Shown piece by piece: positions 1 through 8,774 of a stretch of 64,000 bases of DNA. The stretch comes from an uncultured Acidobacteriota bacterium (GTDB lineage Bacteria > Acidobacteriota > Vicinamibacteria > Vicinamibacterales > 2-12-FULL-66-21). Within the stretch, counting starts at the first letter, position 1, and every line of letters begins with the position of its first letter. The position numbers and the translations under genes were made by a program. Location of the stretch: NCBI GenBank assembly GCA_963847125.1, contig CAWJYM010000009.1, positions 1,106,658-1,170,657 on the forward strand, in the 5' to 3' direction. The notes beneath the pieces are model-generated. The model made no database searches. It saw only the letters and a list, made by a program, of their open reading frames with translations, and was not told the origin of the DNA.

Positions 1-738
1 CCGGCGCGCCTCCGCCGGTACTTTGCGGCGCGATACGGCATGACGTTCCAGGCGTACTGCCGCGCGAGGCGGCTCGCGCGCGCGTTCGAGCGCATCCGCG
101 ACGGCGAGCCGCTCGACGATGCGGTGTTCGAGACGGGGTACGAGTCACACAGCGGCTTCCGCGAAGCGTTCCAGAAAGCCTTCGGCCAACCGCCCGGCCA
201 CTCAGCGGACGCCGAATGCATCCGCCTGTCGTGGATCGACACGCCGCTCGGAGCGATGATCGCCGGCGCAACCGATGCGGGTCTGTGCCTCCTCGAGTTC
301 ACAGATCGACGGATGCTCGAACAGGAGCTCGCGACGCTGCGGCGTCGATTCGGAGCAGCGCTTGCGCCGGCGGATCATGCGCACCTGAGGACGGTTCGAG
401 ACGAGCTCGCGGAGTACTTCGCCGGCACGCGCCGGACGTTCACCGTGCCCGTTGTCGCACCGGGCTCGCCGTTCGAGGAGCGTGTCTGGGAGCAGCTCCG
501 TCGAATCCCGTACGGCGAGACCCGTTCCTACGAGGACATCGCACGCGCCGTTTCCAGTCCCGCGGCGGTCCGCGCCGTCGGCCGCGCGAACGGCATGAAC
601 CGGTTGGCGATTGTCATCCCGTGCCATCGGGTTGTGAACAAGAGCGGCGAGCTCGGGGGTTACGGCGGCGGCCTCTGGCGCAAGCGGCGGCTGCTCCATA
701 TCGAGCGGGCCGCGCTCGTTCGCAGTGCGCACTCGTGA
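1..738 (+). CDS. ada: Ada-like protein: AraC-type HTH fused to an O6-alkylguanine-DNA alkyltransferase domain; 5' end lies outside the window
   Basis: Frame 1 is open from base 1 (PARLRRYFAARYGMTFQAYCRARRL, an AraC-type HTH helix). The C-terminal half carries the alkyltransferase active-site motif IVIPCHRVV. TGA at 736-738. Confidence 0.85.
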   Translation, partial: PARLRRYFAARYGMTFQAYCRARRLARAFERIRDGEPLDDAVFETGYESHSGFREAFQKAFGQPPGHSADAECIRLSWIDTPLGAMIAGATDAGLCLLEFTDRRMLEQELATLRRRFGAALAPADHAHLRTVRDELAEYFAGTRRTFTVPVVAPGSPFEERVWEQLRRIPYGETRSYEDIARAVSSPAAVRAVGRANGMNRLAIVIPCHRVVNKSGELGGYGGGLWRKRRLLHIERAALVRSAHS

Positions 739-793
739 CCCGTCGACTCGGGCGCGCGTCCCCCGGCTGGCTCCTACCGAACCTGTCAACGAA

Positions 794-809
794 CTGACGA
801 AGTCGTCAG
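794..809. repeat. Perfect inverted repeat CTGACGA-AG-TCGTCAG in the spacer between ada and the receiver gene
   Basis: Read directly. 7-bp arms with a 2-nt spacer, too short for an RNA hairpin loop, so a dimeric protein site is more likely than a terminator. Function unknown. Confidence 0.3.
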
Positions 810-1023
810 CATCTTGCCTGGCCGCGAGTTGGAGGGCGCGCGCCCGAATCCACGATTTATAGCTGAGCCGTACGAAGGCAACAGCACGTCTGGCCACGAC
901 TTCCGGCGGATCCGCCCCCCCGCCGCCGCGGTCCCACCCGGTCGAGCTTTCAGGCGCGTGCCTTGCAGCCCCTAAGTACCGATAAAGATAGAGGCGGAAC
1001 CCCCCGCCGTCACATCGGGCTGC

Positions 1024-4000
1024 ATGAAGATTCTCTATGTAGCAAACGACCGCCGCGCCGCGCAGCTCGTTGTCAACGCTCTCCGAGTTCACGCACCGGA
1101 CGCAACGCTGGCTTCGACCGAAAGCCTGCTGGACGCTGAACGCTGGGTTTCCGCCAACCGGGACCTCACCGCGCTCGTCGTCGATGCCGAGGTGCAGAAT
1201 CAGAGCGCCGCATCCTTCGTGCGGCACGTTCGCGGTCTCGGACTCACGGCACCGATCATCGTCGTCGCATCGGAGGCGACAGGGACGCCGAGTGCGGTGC
1301 TCAAAGCCGGAGCGGACGACTTCGTCACCGCCGGCGACTCCCTCTCTACCGACTTGCCGGACGTTGTCGGCCGGACGCTGAAGCGGCGTGCGGCGGCCCA
1401 GCCGTCCGGGCAAACGCTGCGGATCCTGTACGCCGGCGATGCCGCGCTCGCGCGGCAGAGCCTTGCGCACCCCGCGTGGTCGATCGAGATCGCCGAAGCC
1501 GTCCTGACGCCGGAAGAACCGTTTCAACCGATTCCGGCAGATTTTCCTGAGACAGGGGAACCGCTTCCCTTCGACATTCTTTTCGTCGAACACGACCACC
1601 CGGCGGTCGATGCGTTCTCGGTTCTCAAGCACATTGCCGACCGCGGGCTGCAGGTCCCCGTCATCGTCGTCGTCGAGTGGGATGACGCGCTCGGCCTCCC
1701 GGCGCTCAAGCTCGGCGCCGCGGACTGCGTGGTGAAGTCAGCCGAGGCGTTCCGCGCGCTGACCTACAGGCTCGATCGCCTCTTCGCCGTACAAGCCCAG
1801 GATGACCGCGCTCAGCGCGAGCTCGAAGCGGCGCGCCAGAGCTGGGAAGAAACCCGGACGAAGCTGGAGACGTCGGCGGCGGCAGAGGCCGCGGCCGCGG
1901 CCGAGCAGCGCGCGCGGCGAGAAACGGACCTGTCCGAAGCCAGCGCGGCGCGGCGCGCGCTCGAACGGCGGCTGGCCGACGTGGAAGCCGCTCTTCACGA
2001 GGCCACCGCAACCGCATCGACCGAGCTCGCGGCCGCCCGGCAGCAGTCGGCGCAGCTCGAGGCGGACCTGGAGGACCGGCTCGCGCAGGAGGTCGCCGCC
2101 CGCAAGACCGCGGAGCACAACCTGGCGCACGCGGACGCATTGTTCCGGGAAACCGAACAGCGGCGGGCCGCGGAAGCGTCATCCTCGGCCAATCTCCTCG
2201 GCCGGCGCGCCGCGGAGCTCACGGCCAGCCTCGCGCACGCCACCCGCTCGCGCGACACGATCATCCTGCAGCTCAGCGACGCCGAGTCGGCGCTCGAAGA
2301 ATCCCGGAAGGAGCGCGCCCGGCAGGAAGCCGAGCTCGCCGCAGCCGCGGCCGCGCGACAGGCGCTCGAACGCCGGCTCGCGGAGGCGGATGCGAACCTT
2401 CAGCAGGCAACCCGGCGCGCGGCGGCCGACCATGACGCGGGTGTGCAGCGGGAAGCGTCCGCGCGCCAGGCGGCCGAAGCACGCTTGGCGGATGCGGAAG
2501 CAGAGCGCGCGGACGATGAGCAACGGTACGCGTCGGAGCAGAGAGCCGCAACGAAGCAGCTGGCCGAGCGTCAGGCACAGCACGACGCGAGCCTCGCGCA
2601 AGCTGCGGCCGCCCGGGACGTTCTCGAACGGCGGCTGGGCGACCTCGAGGCGGAATTCGATCGATCGCGGCAGGATCGAGCGGCAGAGGCCGCCGCAGCA
2701 GCCGAGCAGCTGACGCGGCGCGAAGCGGATCTCGAGCAGCGGCTCGGTCGGGAAGTGTCCGCGCGCCAGGCGGCCGAAGCACGATTGGCGGATGCGGAAG
2801 CAGAGCGCGCGCACGATGAGCAACGGTACGCGTCGGAGCAGAGAGCCGCAACGAAGCAGCTCGCCGAGCGCCAGGCACAGCATGAAGCGAGCCTCGCGCA
2901 AGCTGCGGCCGCCCGGGACGCTCTCGAACGGCGGTTGAGCGACCTCGAGGCTGAACTCGATCGATCGCGGCAGGATCGGGCGGGAGAGGCCGCCGCAGCA
3001 GCCGAGCAGCTAACGCGGCGCGAAGCGGATCTCGAGCAGCGGCTCGGTCGGGAAGTGTCCGCGCGCCAGGCGGCCGAAGCACGATTGGCGGATGCGGAAG
3101 CAGAGCGCGCGCACGATGAGCAACGGTACGCGTCGGAGCAGAGAGCCGCAACGAAGCAGCTCGCCGAGCGCCAGGCACAGCATGAAGCGAGCCTCGCGCA
3201 GGCCGCGGCCGCCCGGGACGTTCTCGAACGGCGGTTGAGCGACGTCGAGGCGGAGCTCGATCAGTCGCGGCAGGATCGAGCGGCAGAGGGCGCCGCCGCA
3301 GCCGATCAGCTGACGCGGCGCGAAGCGGAGCTCGAGCGGCGGCTCGCTCAGGAAACCTCCACGCGCCAGGCGTTCGAAGCGCGGTTGGCAGAGGCGGAGA
3401 CGGAACGTGAGGCTGCCGACGAACGGCATGCGGCGGAGCGGACGACGGCGGCGGCGCAGCTTGCCGAGCGTCACGCGCAGTACAACACGGGCCTGGCCCA
3501 GGCCGCGGCCGCTCAGGACGTCCTCGAACGACGTCTGAACGACGCCGCGGCGGCGCTCGAACAGTCCCGAACGGATCGAGCCGCGGAGGCCATCTCCGCG
3601 GCCAAGCGGTTGACGCAGCGCGAAGCGGAGTTGTCGGAACTGCTCGCGCGGGAAGCGTCCGCGCGCCAGGCGGACCTCAGAGATGTCACGGCCACTCGGG
3701 CCGCGCTCGAACGCCGGCTGGCCGAGGCGGAGGACGAGCTTCAGCAGGCCGGCCAGCGACTGCTCGCGGAACGCGCGACCGTCGTCCAGCTCACTCAGCA
3801 TCACGCGCAGTACGACGCGACGCTGGCTCAGGCGGCCAGCGCCCGGGAAGCCCTCGAACAGCAGTTGAAAGATGCCGCCGCCGCGCTCGAACAGTCCAGA
3901 AAGGACCGAGCCGCCGAAGCTGCGGCGGCCGCAGAGCAGCTGACGGGGCGCGAACACGGAGCTGAAGGGACGGCTCGCACAGGAAGTCGCCGCCCGTCAG

Positions 4001-4488
4001 GAGCTCGAGGCGCTGCTGGCGGACGCGCACCTGGCGCGCGAGGAGGAGAGACAGAGGCTGACGTCCGAGTTGACGACTGCCGCGACGTACTTCTCCGAAC
4101 GCCAGGCCGAGCACGACGTCCACCTGGCGCAAGCGGCGGCGTCGCAGGCCGCGATGGAAAAGGAGCTCGTGGCCGCGGTCGACGCGGCGCGGCGCGACCA
4201 CGCTGCGGCAGCCGCCGCGGCGGCCGACGAGCTCGCACGGCGCGACGCGGAGCTCGCCACCGCCGCCGCAAGCCGCGACGCGTTGAAACGCCAGCTCGCC
4301 GATGCCGAGGCCGCGGCCAGGGCGGGCGACGAGCGCGCGGCGGAGGCCGTTTCCGCGCGCGACGCGGCCATGCAGCAGGCGGCGCTCCGCCAGGCGGAGC
4401 TCGAAGCGCAAGTCGCACAAGGACTCACCGACCGTCAGGCGATCGAGCTGGACCTCGCGAAAGCGCAGGCCACCCACCACGAGGTTGA
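1024..4488 (+). CDS. N-terminal part of a giant signalling protein: receiver domain, degenerate second receiver, then a long Ala/Glu/Arg/Gln coiled coil. The meaningful frame ends near 3955 (frameshift); the 3956-4488 tail is out-of-frame Arg/Gly/Pro sequence
   Basis: Receiver pattern MKILYVANDR ... ALVVDAEV ... IIVVAS ... LKAGADDFV. Second receiver-like block LRILYAGD ... ILFVEHDHP ... LKLGAADCVVK. A 100-aa periodic repeat runs from about 1800 onward, and its register continues in frame 2 from 3944. Confidence 0.8.
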   Translation: MKILYVANDRRAAQLVVNALRVHAPDATLASTESLLDAERWVSANRDLTALVVDAEVQNQSAASFVRHVRGLGLTAPIIVVASEATGTPSAVLKAGADDFVTAGDSLSTDLPDVVGRTLKRRAAAQPSGQTLRILYAGDAALARQSLAHPAWSIEIAEAVLTPEEPFQPIPADFPETGEPLPFDILFVEHDHPAVDAFSVLKHIADRGLQVPVIVVVEWDDALGLPALKLGAADCVVKSAEAFRALTYRLDRLFAVQAQDDRAQRELEAARQSWEETRTKLETSAAAEAAAAAEQRARRETDLSEASAARRALERRLADVEAALHEATATASTELAAARQQSAQLEADLEDRLAQEVAARKTAEHNLAHADALFRETEQRRAAEASSSANLLGRRAAELTASLAHATRSRDTIILQLSDAESALEESRKERARQEAELAAAAAARQALERRLAEADANLQQATRRAAADHDAGVQREASARQAAEARLADAEAERADDEQRYASEQRAATKQLAERQAQHDASLAQAAAARDVLERRLGDLEAEFDRSRQDRAAEAAAAAEQLTRREADLEQRLGREVSARQAAEARLADAEAERAHDEQRYASEQRAATKQLAERQAQHEASLAQAAAARDALERRLSDLEAELDRSRQDRAGEAAAAAEQLTRREADLEQRLGREVSARQAAEARLADAEAERAHDEQRYASEQRAATKQLAERQAQHEASLAQAAAARDVLERRLSDVEAELDQSRQDRAAEGAAAADQLTRREAELERRLAQETSTRQAFEARLAEAETEREAADERHAAERTTAAAQLAERHAQYNTGLAQAAAAQDVLERRLNDAAAALEQSRTDRAAEAISAAKRLTQREAELSELLAREASARQADLRDVTATRAALERRLAEAEDELQQAGQRLLAERATVVQLTQHHAQYDATLAQAASAREALEQQLKDAAAALEQSRKDRAAEAAAAAEQLTGREHGAEGTARTGSRRPSGARGAAGGRAPGARGGETEADVRVDDCRDVLLRTPGRARRPPGASGGVAGRDGKGARGRGRRGAARPRCGSRRGGRRARTARRGARHRRRKPRRVETPARRCRGRGQGGRRARGGGRFRARRGHAAGGAPPGGARSASRTRTHRPSGDRAGPRESAGHPPRG
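2440..3350 (+). repeat. Three near-identical 300-bp (100-codon) in-frame tandem repeats inside the coiled-coil region
   Basis: 2761-2880 and 3061-3180 are base-for-base identical. 2701-2760 versus 3001-3060 differ at one base. 2461-2580 differs at a few positions. More diverged copies of the same 100-aa unit extend from about 1800 to 5300. Confidence 0.95.
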
Positions 4489-6643
4489 ACGCCGACACGC
4501 GGCGGAGCTGGGCACGTCGGCGGCGCAGATCGCCGAGCTCGAAGCCGCGCGCAAATCGCTCCAGGACCGGCTCACCGAGACCGAAACCGGGATTCGGGCC
4601 ACACAGGAGCGCGCGGCGGCCGAACGCGCCGAGGCTGACCAACAGGCTGCGGCGCGGCAGGCGGAGCTCGAGGTGAGGCTCGCACAGGATGGAGCCGAAC
4701 GCCGCACGCTCCAGGCCAAGCTGGAGGAATCGGCCGCATCCGCCGATCTGCTCACGCAGCGGGGCGCGGAGCTCACGGCCAGCCTGGCGCACGCAGGCCG
4801 ACTGCGCGAGACGCTCGAGCAGCAAGTGAGCGACGCGGCGGCGGCGCTCGAAGAAGCCCAGCGGACCCGGACGTCCGACGCCGAGGCGTACCTCCGGCAG
4901 GCGGCCATCCGGAAAGCGGAATTCGAGGAGCGGCTTCGACAGGAGGCGACGGCGCGCGCTCGGTTCGAACGCGATCTCGCGGCGACGCGGCAGACCTCCG
5001 AGCAGGACAAACGACGCTTCGATGACGACATCGCCAGGGTGCAGGCCGACGCTCGCGATCGCGAGACGCGCCTCGAGGATCGGCTCGCTCGCGAGCGGGA
5101 CGACCACGCACGCGCGCTCGCCGAGGCTCAGGAGGTCGTCCGGCACCTGCAGGCCGGGCGCGACGCGCTTCAGCAGTCGCTCGGCGAAGCCGAGACGCAG
5201 CGGGAGCGCCTCGAGCGCGCTCGACTGGCGGGTCAGGCCGAGCTCGAGCGCGCCGCGCGCGAGCATGCCGCGGGGCGCGCGCGGCTCGAAGCGCTGGTGA
5301 CCGAGCGGGAATCGCAGCTGCGCGAGCAGTCGTCGGGCCATGCGGCCTCTCTGGCGGCCGCGAAGAAGCTGATCACTCAAAACGAGGCGCGGGTCGCCGC
5401 GCTCAACCAGGAGCTCGTGGCCGAGAAGAGCGGGCGCGCGGCGCTTCGCGCTCAGGCAGACGCGGTCCCGGCCCTGAAGACCCAGCTCGAAGAGAGCCAG
5501 GCCGAGAGCCGGCGACGGTTCGAGCAGAACCCGCACGGCATGTGCCGGTGCAACCGCGAGGGGGCGCTCACCCAGGCGAACCGCGCGCTGGCGAGCCTGC
5601 TCGGCTATCGAACGAGCGATGACTTGCGAAGGGTGAACGTCGCCACGGCGGTCTTCGAATCCGCAGACGACCTGCGATGGCTGATCGACCGCTGCCTGAG
5701 CACGGGCACGCCCGAGTCGGTCGAAACGACGTGGAAGAGAAAGGACGGAGACCGGTTGATCGTGAAGCTGCTGGCGGTCGCGGCGGCGCCAGACGCGATC
5801 GAAATCGTCGTGGAGGACCTCACGACCCGCCGCGGTCTCGAAGAACGGCTGCGCCAGGCTCAACGCATGGAGGCGGTCGGGCGGCTCGCGTCGGAAGTCG
5901 CGGTCACCTGCGACAACCTGCTCCGGGACGTCAGCCAGGACGGCGAACAGTGGCTCGCGACGATCGACGGCAACACGGCGCTCCGGCACCGGGCCGAGCA
6001 GCTGCTGGCCGAAGTGACCCGCGCCGGCCACTTCCTGCGGCAGCTTGCGGCGTACGGCCGGAAGCAGACGCGCGCGCTCGAGCCGGTCAACGTGACCACG
6101 GTGATGCGCGACATGGAGCCCGTCCTGAAGCGCGTGGCGGGCGACGACATCGAGCTGCTGCTGCCGAAGACCACGCGCCCGGTGAACGTCGACGTCGAAG
6201 CGGAGCGTGTCGAGCGGGTCCTGGTCAACGTGGCCAGCTACGCGCGCGAGCGGATGCCGTCAGGCGGCCGACTGAAGATCGAGCTCGCGTCGGTCGTCGT
6301 CGATGGGCGGTTCATCGCAAAACACCCCAACGTCCGGCCGGGCGCCCACGTCCTGATCACGGTCACCGAGGTGCGTGAGGCCGCGCGCCTCGCCCCGCCG
6401 GGCGCTGCACACAGCGAGCCGGCCGCGGCCGCCGTGAGCCCGGCGTCGGACAAACCTGGCGTCGATCTCGGGGCGCTCCTGAAGCTGATCGCCGACTGCG
6501 GCGGCCACCTGTGGATGACGGCGGAGCCTCCCGGGAACATGATCCTGAAGATCCACCTGCCGAAGCGGACCTCGGACGACCCTCGTCCGGTCGTGACGCG
6601 ATCCGAGCGGGGCGGGTCGATGTCCCGCTGGTTCGGTCACTGA
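4070..6643 (+). CDS. C-terminal part of the same giant protein: coiled coil, PAS-like block, DHp-like helix and HATPase_c-like domain with degenerate catalytic motifs. The frame is open from 3944; 4070 is only the first Met
   Basis: Frame-2 translation from 3953 (TELKGRLAQEVAARQELEALLADAH) continues the upstream repeat. NPHGMCRCNREGALTQANRALASLLGY looks PAS-like. The H-box region reads MEAVGRLASEVAVTCDNLL with no His. The N-box region reads ERVLVNVASYARERMPSGGRLKIEL with no Asn. Confidence 0.8.
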   Translation: MTTAATYFSERQAEHDVHLAQAAASQAAMEKELVAAVDAARRDHAAAAAAAADELARRDAELATAAASRDALKRQLADAEAAARAGDERAAEAVSARDAAMQQAALRQAELEAQVAQGLTDRQAIELDLAKAQATHHEVERRHAAELGTSAAQIAELEAARKSLQDRLTETETGIRATQERAAAERAEADQQAAARQAELEVRLAQDGAERRTLQAKLEESAASADLLTQRGAELTASLAHAGRLRETLEQQVSDAAAALEEAQRTRTSDAEAYLRQAAIRKAEFEERLRQEATARARFERDLAATRQTSEQDKRRFDDDIARVQADARDRETRLEDRLARERDDHARALAEAQEVVRHLQAGRDALQQSLGEAETQRERLERARLAGQAELERAAREHAAGRARLEALVTERESQLREQSSGHAASLAAAKKLITQNEARVAALNQELVAEKSGRAALRAQADAVPALKTQLEESQAESRRRFEQNPHGMCRCNREGALTQANRALASLLGYRTSDDLRRVNVATAVFESADDLRWLIDRCLSTGTPESVETTWKRKDGDRLIVKLLAVAAAPDAIEIVVEDLTTRRGLEERLRQAQRMEAVGRLASEVAVTCDNLLRDVSQDGEQWLATIDGNTALRHRAEQLLAEVTRAGHFLRQLAAYGRKQTRALEPVNVTTVMRDMEPVLKRVAGDDIELLLPKTTRPVNVDVEAERVERVLVNVASYARERMPSGGRLKIELASVVVDGRFIAKHPNVRPGAHVLITVTEVREAARLAPPGAAHSEPAAAAVSPASDKPGVDLGALLKLIADCGGHLWMTAEPPGNMILKIHLPKRTSDDPRPVVTRSERGGSMSRWFGH

Positions 6644-6663
6644 GCCTGCCGCGCCGAAGCCGC

Positions 6664-6714
6664 GAACCCTTACGAACGGCCACGAACCCTCGAGAACCTC
6701 AAGAACCCAAGAAC
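6664..6714 (+). repeat. Six GAAC direct repeats phased at 10,10,10,9,8 bp, between the giant gene and the NarX-like kinase gene
   Basis: GAAC at 6664, 6674, 6684, 6694, 6703 and 6711 (cgcGAACccttacGAACggccacGAACcctcgaGAACctcaaGAACccaaGAACgc). Helical phasing suggests a protein-binding array or bent DNA. Function not shown. Confidence 0.35.
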
Positions 6715-6797
6715 GCTTCAGGAAACTCCGGTTACCGCGCGGTCGCGTAGGCGTCACCGGCATCGGCGGGCGCTATGATGAGCGTTCCGAGCGACTC

Positions 6798-8147
6798 GTG
6801 ACGCGCGCGAAAATCCCATCTCCAACCGCCGCCCTGGCCATCGGCCTCCTGCTGACGCTCGGCACCGTCGTCGTCTATTGGTGGTACATCTCCGGTCACA
6901 TCGCCGGGCTCCGGCGGCTCCAGACGGAGCTGACCGATCGCAACCGCAGAGACTCCCTGCAGCTGCTTCGCATACAGAACGATCTGAACCAGATCGCGCT
7001 TGCGATGCGCGACATGCTGGATACAGACCAGCCCTATCCGCTCCTCGCCTGGACCGCGCAGTTCGATCGGATACGAGTGGATCTGGCAGACGCGCTCGCG
7101 CGCGAGGGCGAGGTCGCCGTCGCGCGCCGGACGCCGGAGCAGAGCGAATACCTCGCGACCTCGACGAAGCAGTTCTGGGAGGCTGTCGATCGCATGTTCG
7201 ACCTGGCGAAGGCGGGGCAGGAGCAGGAGGCGCGGTCGCAGATTCGCGTCACGCTGCAGGCCAGGCAGGCGGCCTTGAGCACGACGGTGGCGCGGCTCCT
7301 CGTGCAGAACAACGAGAGCGAGGAGCAGACCGCGCAGCAGGTCCAGAACATCTACCGTGACGTCCAGCGCCAGGCGACCTGGCTCCTCACGGCCACGCTT
7401 GCCGCGATTGCGGCCACGGGCCTGTATCTGATCCGGTCGAACCGGAAGCTGTTCGCGCAGCTCTCGGCGCTGTCCGACGAGCGGCGCGACCTGGCGCAGG
7501 CGCTGATCGCGACGCGCGAATCGACGCTGCGCGAGATCGCGCGTGAGCTGCACGACGAGTTCGGGCAGATCCTGACGGCGATCGGATCGATGCTCGGCCG
7601 GGCGGGCAGACAGGCGCCCGAAGGGTCGCCGCTCCGGGCGGATCTGCGCGAGATCAACGAGATTGCGCAGGCGGCGCTCGACAACGTCCGCGGTCTCTCG
7701 CAGACGCTCCACCCATCGATTCTGGAAGAGCTGGGACTCGAGAGTACGATTCAGTGGTATCTATCGACGGCCGTCAAGCAGCTCGGCCTCGAGGTGACGT
7801 ACGAGAAGACCGGCACCGCCGAGATCGATCACACGACGGGAATCCACGTGTATCGCGTGCTTCAGGAAGCCCTCAGCAACGTGGCGCGGCATGCCGGGAC
7901 GAAGCGCGTGTGGGTAAGGCTTCGCTGCGACGCGGCCGGCCTGCAGCTCGAGGTCGAGGACCACGGGAAGGGCCTCGATCCCGATCTGCCGCGCGGCCTC
8001 GGTCTCGTCGCGATGCGCGAGCGGATAGCGTTGCTCAAAGGCAGCCTCGAGTTCCTGCGTCCCTTCGACGACACGCAGGGCAAGCCGGCAGAGCGAGGCA
8101 CGCTCGTGCGCGTCCGCGTTCCCCTTCCTGCTCCGGCAACGACATGA
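6798..8147 (+). CDS. Membrane sensor histidine kinase, NarX/DesK/LiaS type (HisKA_3 + HATPase_c)
   Basis: GTG start. N-terminal TM helix (AALAIGLLLTLGTVVVYWWYI). H-box ELHDEFGQILTAIG. ATPase motifs HVYRVLQEALSNVARHA and VEDHGKGL ... GLGLVAMRERI. The stop overlaps the regulator start (ATGA at 8144-8147). Confidence 0.9.
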   Translation: MTRAKIPSPTAALAIGLLLTLGTVVVYWWYISGHIAGLRRLQTELTDRNRRDSLQLLRIQNDLNQIALAMRDMLDTDQPYPLLAWTAQFDRIRVDLADALAREGEVAVARRTPEQSEYLATSTKQFWEAVDRMFDLAKAGQEQEARSQIRVTLQARQAALSTTVARLLVQNNESEEQTAQQVQNIYRDVQRQATWLLTATLAAIAATGLYLIRSNRKLFAQLSALSDERRDLAQALIATRESTLREIARELHDEFGQILTAIGSMLGRAGRQAPEGSPLRADLREINEIAQAALDNVRGLSQTLHPSILEELGLESTIQWYLSTAVKQLGLEVTYEKTGTAEIDHTTGIHVYRVLQEALSNVARHAGTKRVWVRLRCDAAGLQLEVEDHGKGLDPDLPRGLGLVAMRERIALLKGSLEFLRPFDDTQGKPAERGTLVRVRVPLPAPATT

Positions 8148-8767
8148 CCCAGAAGATCACCGTCCTGCTCGTCGACGATCATTCCCTGGTGCGGCGCGGC
8201 ATCCGGCGACTGTTGGCAGACGATGGCGGCGTCGCCGTCGTCGGGGAGGCCGGAGACGGCGACGAGGCGGTTCGCCTGTTCGAGGAGCTGAGGCCGCAGG
8301 TGGTGGTGATGGATGCCGCCATGCCGGGCACCAGCGGGCTCGCGGCCACGCGCGCGATCCTCGCCCAGCACCCCGACGCCGCCATTCTGATGCTCAGCAT
8401 GCATTCCGAGGAAACGGTCGTCCGGCAGGCGCTCGACGCCGGTGCACGCGGCTACATCCTCAAGAGCGCGCTCGACCTGGATCTTGCTGCGGCGGTGAAA
8501 CGCGTCGCCGCCGGCGAGACGGTGCTCGATCCCGCGGTTGTCCGCGAGCCCGCCGCCGGCGAGCGACGCCACCTCTCGCCGCGGGAGCTCGAAGTGCTGC
8601 AGCTGATCTGCAAGGGCTACTCCAACCGCGAGATCGCCGCGAAACTCACTCTCAGCGTGAACACGGTCGCCGTGCACCGCGCCAGCATCATGAACACCCT
8701 GGGCGTGCACAAGACCGCCGAGCTGGTCGCGTATGCGATCCAGAACGGCCTGGTGAACCCGCTGTGA
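8144..8767 (+). CDS. NarL/FixJ-family response regulator (receiver + LuxR-type HTH)
   Basis: MTQKITVLLVDDHSLVRRGI ... VVVMDAAMPG receiver. C-terminal LSPRELEVLQLICKGYSNREIAAKLTLSVNTVAVHR is a LuxR/GerE HTH. Translationally coupled to the kinase. Confidence 0.92.
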   Translation: MTQKITVLLVDDHSLVRRGIRRLLADDGGVAVVGEAGDGDEAVRLFEELRPQVVVMDAAMPGTSGLAATRAILAQHPDAAILMLSMHSEETVVRQALDAGARGYILKSALDLDLAAAVKRVAAGETVLDPAVVREPAAGERRHLSPRELEVLQLICKGYSNREIAAKLTLSVNTVAVHRASIMNTLGVHKTAELVAYAIQNGLVNPL

Positions 8768-8774
8768 CCCTTCG

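Noticed and set aside
2440-3350. Tandem repeats considered as a possible CRISPR array or satellite
   Set aside because: The period is exactly 300 bp with no unique spacers, it is fully in frame, and it encodes a coiled-coil module. This is a protein repeat, not a CRISPR array.
3791-6031. 746-aa minus-strand ORF (and many shorter ones) opposite the giant signalling gene
   Set aside because: Arg/Pro/Leu/Gly-rich low-complexity translation with no motifs. This is typical shadow reading of a high-G+C coding strand, and the plus-strand frame carries clear domain signatures.
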